NCBI RefSeq assembly: GCF_006345805.1
Contig: NC_043013.1
Coordinates: forward strand, 40,796,001-40,860,000
Source of the DNA: Octopus sinensis
Lineage: Eukaryota
DNA length: 64,000 nucleotides
Direction of reading: 5' to 3'
Made by a program: the position numbers and the translations under genes. Below the pieces are notes generated by a model that ran no database searches, was not told the DNA's origin, and was given only the letters and a program-made list of their open reading frames with translations. Shown here in pieces: positions 60,172-64,000 of this stretch (the stretch's first letter is position 1; each line of letters opens with the position of its first letter).

Positions 60172-60195
60172 ATATATATATATATATATATATAT

Positions 60196-60460
60196 CAGGA
60201 GTTCATATATGCAGCAAGTTTAGATGGGCTGGACACGTCGCCCGACTCACCGATAATCGGTGGACCCGTGCAGTTGTCGAGTGGTACCTGTGCGAGCAGA
60301 AACGACCACCCGGAAGGCCTCCACGACGGTGGAGTTGCGATTTCAGGAGGACGATTGGGATCACGTGGATGAGAAAGGCGCGATCCAGAAAGGAGTGGAC
60401 AGCATGCTGTGACCAGCGGTGTCAAATGGACGCCTGACGGACTGGTCGGTCAAGGTGATA
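60196..60460 (+). mobile_element. RTE LINE 3' end (second RTE family) inserted in (TA)n
   Basis: KFRWAGHVARLTDNRWT..WY..KRPPGRPPRRW; stop at 60435-60437; ends GGTCGGTCAAGGTGATATAT. Confidence 0.85.
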
Positions 60461-60471
60461 TATATATATAT

Positions 60472-60502
<31 letters not shown>

Positions 60503-61270
60503 CATACATATAAGTACATGTGTATATGTACAGATATGCACATACACATTTATGTATACGTGTATCCTTCTTTCATCATAAGAACCTCAACTCCAGGTAG
60601 CTTTGTGGGAACACCTTAGTGTGACTTAATGTATTTTGCCCATTGAAACATGGCAGAGCCCCAATCTCCCCAGATCTGAGTAGATCCAATTTCTTGCAGA
60701 AAAAAGGAGTGAGAGAAAGAAACGATGGATTGACCTTACTATTGTCACTATATTTATTGATTCAAAAGGTCAAAAGGCAAAGGTGGACTTAGCAATTTTG
60801 AACTTAGAGTGTGTACAGTGCCAGAAAGAATAGGGCAAAGAATTACCTTGAAAGGTTTAGCTGAGCAAATTAATCCCAATACTTATTCTTCTTAAGCCTG
60901 GGATTTATTTAGTCAGTCATTTTTGCTGAACCACTAAGTTAAGGGAAGGATAAGAATCTTTCCTGTGTCATATAGACTCAGAGTGCTAGTTTCCTGGCTT
61001 CCATGGTGCATATATTCTATCTTGGATGGGACACTGGTCCATCGCTGGATTACTTGGTATTACAGGCTGAGTGCACTAAAGCAACATGAAAGGAAGTATT
61101 TTACTCAAGAATGCTATATGTCACCCAATCGACAAATCAAAACTACAAATTTATGATCATGATTCCAACTATTTAATCACCAAACCACATACCTCTACTA
61201 AGTTATAGGAATGTAAATAAACAAACTGTGGATATAAAACTATGGGGAGACAAACACACACATACATACA

Positions 61271-61700
61271 TCTATTATATAAAATCCATTCTGTCTGTGT
61301 GTGTGCCTTCTAGGATCCCGGGCATCCTCCATCCAATTGCGCTCAGATTTGATATGTAGATACCAATGGTATCAGGGTGTGTATAAGTTTTTAAAAAATT
61401 ACAAAAATCGATTCCAGGTGAGAATGCAATCGATAAAACCGTGGGAACATGTATTTGTACATGCAATTACATCAGCTGTTGCGATCGATACTATGCGTAT
61501 CCGAGAAAAATGCACGTGCAGTTTGCGCAAAACTAGCCGGTTGGCTTGAAATAATGCCACAAAATGCAGTATATTTAAGAGACGAAAAATGTAAGATGCA
61601 AAAGAGATATTTTCTTCAAACTTGGCATGAAGGAAGGAAAGACTATTTGGTTTCTCAAGAAGTTTTTTTTTTGCCTTAACTTCGTTTAACAAAACCAAAA
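61271..61700 (+). mobile_element. Possible Helitron-like non-autonomous element (5' part)
   Basis: Starts A|TCTATTATATAAAATC..CTGTCTGTGTGTG, CpG-rich; no 3' hairpin/CTAG found. Confidence 0.35.
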
Positions 61701-62256
61701 ATTTTATTGAAATAAAGGCATGCTTAATTGTTTTTTAATGAAAAGAAAACACTGATTGCTTTTTATTCAGTAGATATGATTCAGCACCGTCCATTGGATG
61801 AGGGGAGCGTTTTGCTCGTACATACATAATTTTCATTTAAAAAATTTCCCACAAAGCATTGATTGGCCCAGGACACTTACCAAGGGTGTCACATAACAGA
61901 ACTGAACCCCAAAACACATGTTAGTGAAGCAAACTTCTTAACACAACAGCCATGTCATGTCAGTACATGTATATACATTCTTATACATGTATATATGGAG
62001 CTCCATTAATAAAGACTAATATTTTTCCTCTCCATTTTTTTTTCTCCTTCCATCTCTTTTCTCTTCTCATCCCTTTCTGTAGAAGTGCATACGTTCGAAA
62101 TGTTAAAAACTTCTTCCATTTTTCCTCAGCATCAAACTATTACACACTGTTTGTTGTTCTTTCAACTGTCTTTATCACTTGTATATTTTTTGTATATTTT
62201 TAACTATATATACATATCTATATATGTACATTATATATATATATATAATATATTGT

Positions 62257-62590
62257 GAAGGCGCATGGCTCAGTGGTTAGAGCATCGAGCTTACGATCGT
62301 GTGGTTGTGAGTTTGAATCCTGGACCCGGCTGCGTGTTGTGTTCTTGAGCAAGACACTTTATTTCACATTGCTCCAGTTCACTCAGCTGTAGAAATGAGT
62401 TGCGATGTCACAGGTGCCAAGCTGTATCGGCCCTTGCCTTTCCCTTGGATAACACTGCTGGCGTGGAGAGGGGAGGCCAGTGTGCATGGGCGACTGCTGT
62501 TCTTCCATAAACAACCTTGCCCAGACTTGTGCCTGGGAGGGTAACTTTCTAGGTGCAATCCCATGGTCAGTCATGACCGAAGGGGGTCTC
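62257..62590 (+). mobile_element. SINE with family C-like head and a different tail
   Basis: GAAGGCGCATGGCTCAGTGG..CTTGAGCAAGACACTTTATTTCAC..CTCAGCTG as in 17471, then unrelated GAGTTGCGATGTCAC..GACCGAAGGGGGTC. Confidence 0.8.
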
Positions 62591-63299
62591 AATATATATA
62601 ATGTATATTTATACATAATCAATTAATTAATAAATTAATGAAAGATAAAACCATTTAATGAGTCTATCAAGTGGCTAGCTTGTTAACTCCATTTAGGAAA
62701 ATATGTATACTGAAATATAATTATATAGATACGTGTAGTCCCTTAGCCAGAAATTTATTATTGATCTATGAGTGATCTTTCTTTTGATATCTGATTGATT
62801 CACCAGCCTGCTTTCATCCTGTGCTAATGGAGTAAAATTATAGGTGGTTTATAGAGCTTTTAGTGTCTATTTCAAGCATGTTGGTGTGTGTCTACACATA
62901 CCCTTGTGTTATAATTATACCTATATAATTATATTTCAGTATATGTATGTGTATATATTTATGTATACACATATTCACATACATATTTACATATATGCAC
63001 ACACACATATACATACATATTTGTGTGTGTGTGTGTGTTTAATTAACCTTTTAGCATCATCTGTCCCTTTCATATTAATCTGGTTATGAACTTGAGCCCA
63101 TGTTAGGAATTTCAGAACAGTTTGTTAACAGAAACTAATTAATATTCAGATTAGGCTGCCAAAGAATTGTTTACCACTGATTATATCAACTAGGGACCAC
63201 AAACACTTAAAATTGATGTTCTGACAGCAACTACTGCCCAGTTGTATGGTACTCCGTATTAAGCAAAACTAATGACATGCAGCTAGCTAGGCCAAAATC

Positions 63300-63358
63300 A
63301 GTGATCCGACCAGAAGTTTGGGGCTTGAATATCAGTTGTCCATGACTTTCCTGGGAAT
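63300..63358 (-). CDS. Candidate terminal coding exon of an unidentified gene entering from the right
   Basis: Strong acceptor CTTTCTTCTTTCTTTCTACTCATCTCAG; frame FPGKSWTTDIQAPNFWSDH*; AATAAA on minus at 62754-62759. Confidence 0.25.
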
Positions 63359-63716
63359 CTGAGATGAGTAGAAAGAAAGAAGAAAGTTATTCTCATACTA
63401 AAGACCATTCTCAAATGCCTGCAACAGAATGAATTCCGCCAAAGACGTCTAATGGATAGGGTCTACCAGCCAAAAATGGAAATGGCTTCCTCAAGAAGCT
63501 TCAGCTCAGTTTCTCCTAACTAAATTTCACATACAGGGTTTTGCTTGATTCAAGTGTTAAATAAAAAGGTATTTACTCAAGATGATGAGATGAAGGATTG
63601 AACCTGAAACCATGTAATTGTGAAGTAAACATCTTAACCACAGAGCCACACCTACACTCATTGGAAGATGATTTGAGGGAGATTTAGTTCATAATTTCAG
63701 GTGAAACAACAGTGTA

Positions 63717-63902
63717 CGAAGGGGTGCTGAGAAGTTCCTGGAGTTAAGGGCATGGCAAAAGGACTGAGGGCTAAGAAAACCAAAAGATGACTGCAATAAG
63801 TGTGTGAATCTGAGAGGGGAGTACATTGAATAAAGATCATAATTAACAGATTCTTTTGTATTTCCTTTTACCCAAAACCAGGAACTTTTCAGCATCTCCT
63901 TG
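63717..63902 (+). mobile_element. ~200-bp mariner-derived MITE (copy 4)
   Basis: GGGGTGCTGAGAAGTTCCTGG..TGCAATAAGTGTGTGAATCTGAGAGGGGAGTACATTGAATAA..CCAGGAACTTTTCAGCA. Confidence 0.75.
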
Positions 63903-63930
63903 TGTGTGTGTGTATGTATATATATATATA

Positions 63931-64000
63931 TATCATCATGATCGACCAGGCTATCAGATGTTGCTACACATCACTGGTCACAATGCGCTTTGCATTGTTT
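63931..64000 (-). mobile_element. RTE-like SINE tail fragment
   Basis: Reverse complement of 40385-40457 tail; runs off window. Confidence 0.75.

Larger units (their letters stand above)
58615..60195. repeat. Tandem duplication of a ~795-bp unit (58615-59412; 59413-60195)
   Basis: Both start ATGGAAAGAGAGATGTCACAAAATTATAC; differences mostly 1-2 nt indels. Confidence 0.95.

Noticed and set aside
58615-60195. CRISPR-like or prokaryotic repeat array
   Set aside because: Eukaryotic context, two long units with no unique spacers, and no cas genes
63270-63310. ITDFGLAS, resembling a kinase DFG motif, in a minus frame
   Set aside because: No HRD/catalytic loop upstream or APE downstream within the open frame; likely chance

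Overview
AT-rich, repeat-saturated animal genomic DNA, most likely Octopus (inferred from recognisable tRNA-derived SINE families and pervasive (TA)n/(CA)n/(ATT)n microsatellites), with one 100-N scaffold gap (965-1064). I recognise no intact host protein-coding gene. Nearly all long ORFs are microsatellite read-throughs or decayed transposon pieces: RTE, Tx1/L1-like and CR1-like LINE fragments, mariner/Tc1 relics, hAT/Tigger/piggyBac-like MITEs and a HINE-like element. A few isolated, splice-site-flanked candidate exons remain. The main result of the hunt is a set of at least five sequence-unrelated families of short, mostly palindromic elements, most of them embedded in (TA)n tracts. They carry minimal type-I hammerhead-ribozyme motifs (stem I - CUGANGA or CCGANGA - stem II - GAAA - self-complementary stem III - NUH - stem I'), usually one on each arm. 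One family also has a tRNA-like Pol III head. This architecture matches Penelope-like-element/retrozyme biology, where minimal hammerheads with palindromic stem III cleave as dimers. All alignments and foldings were done by eye; activity is untested and element boundaries are approximate to a few bases.
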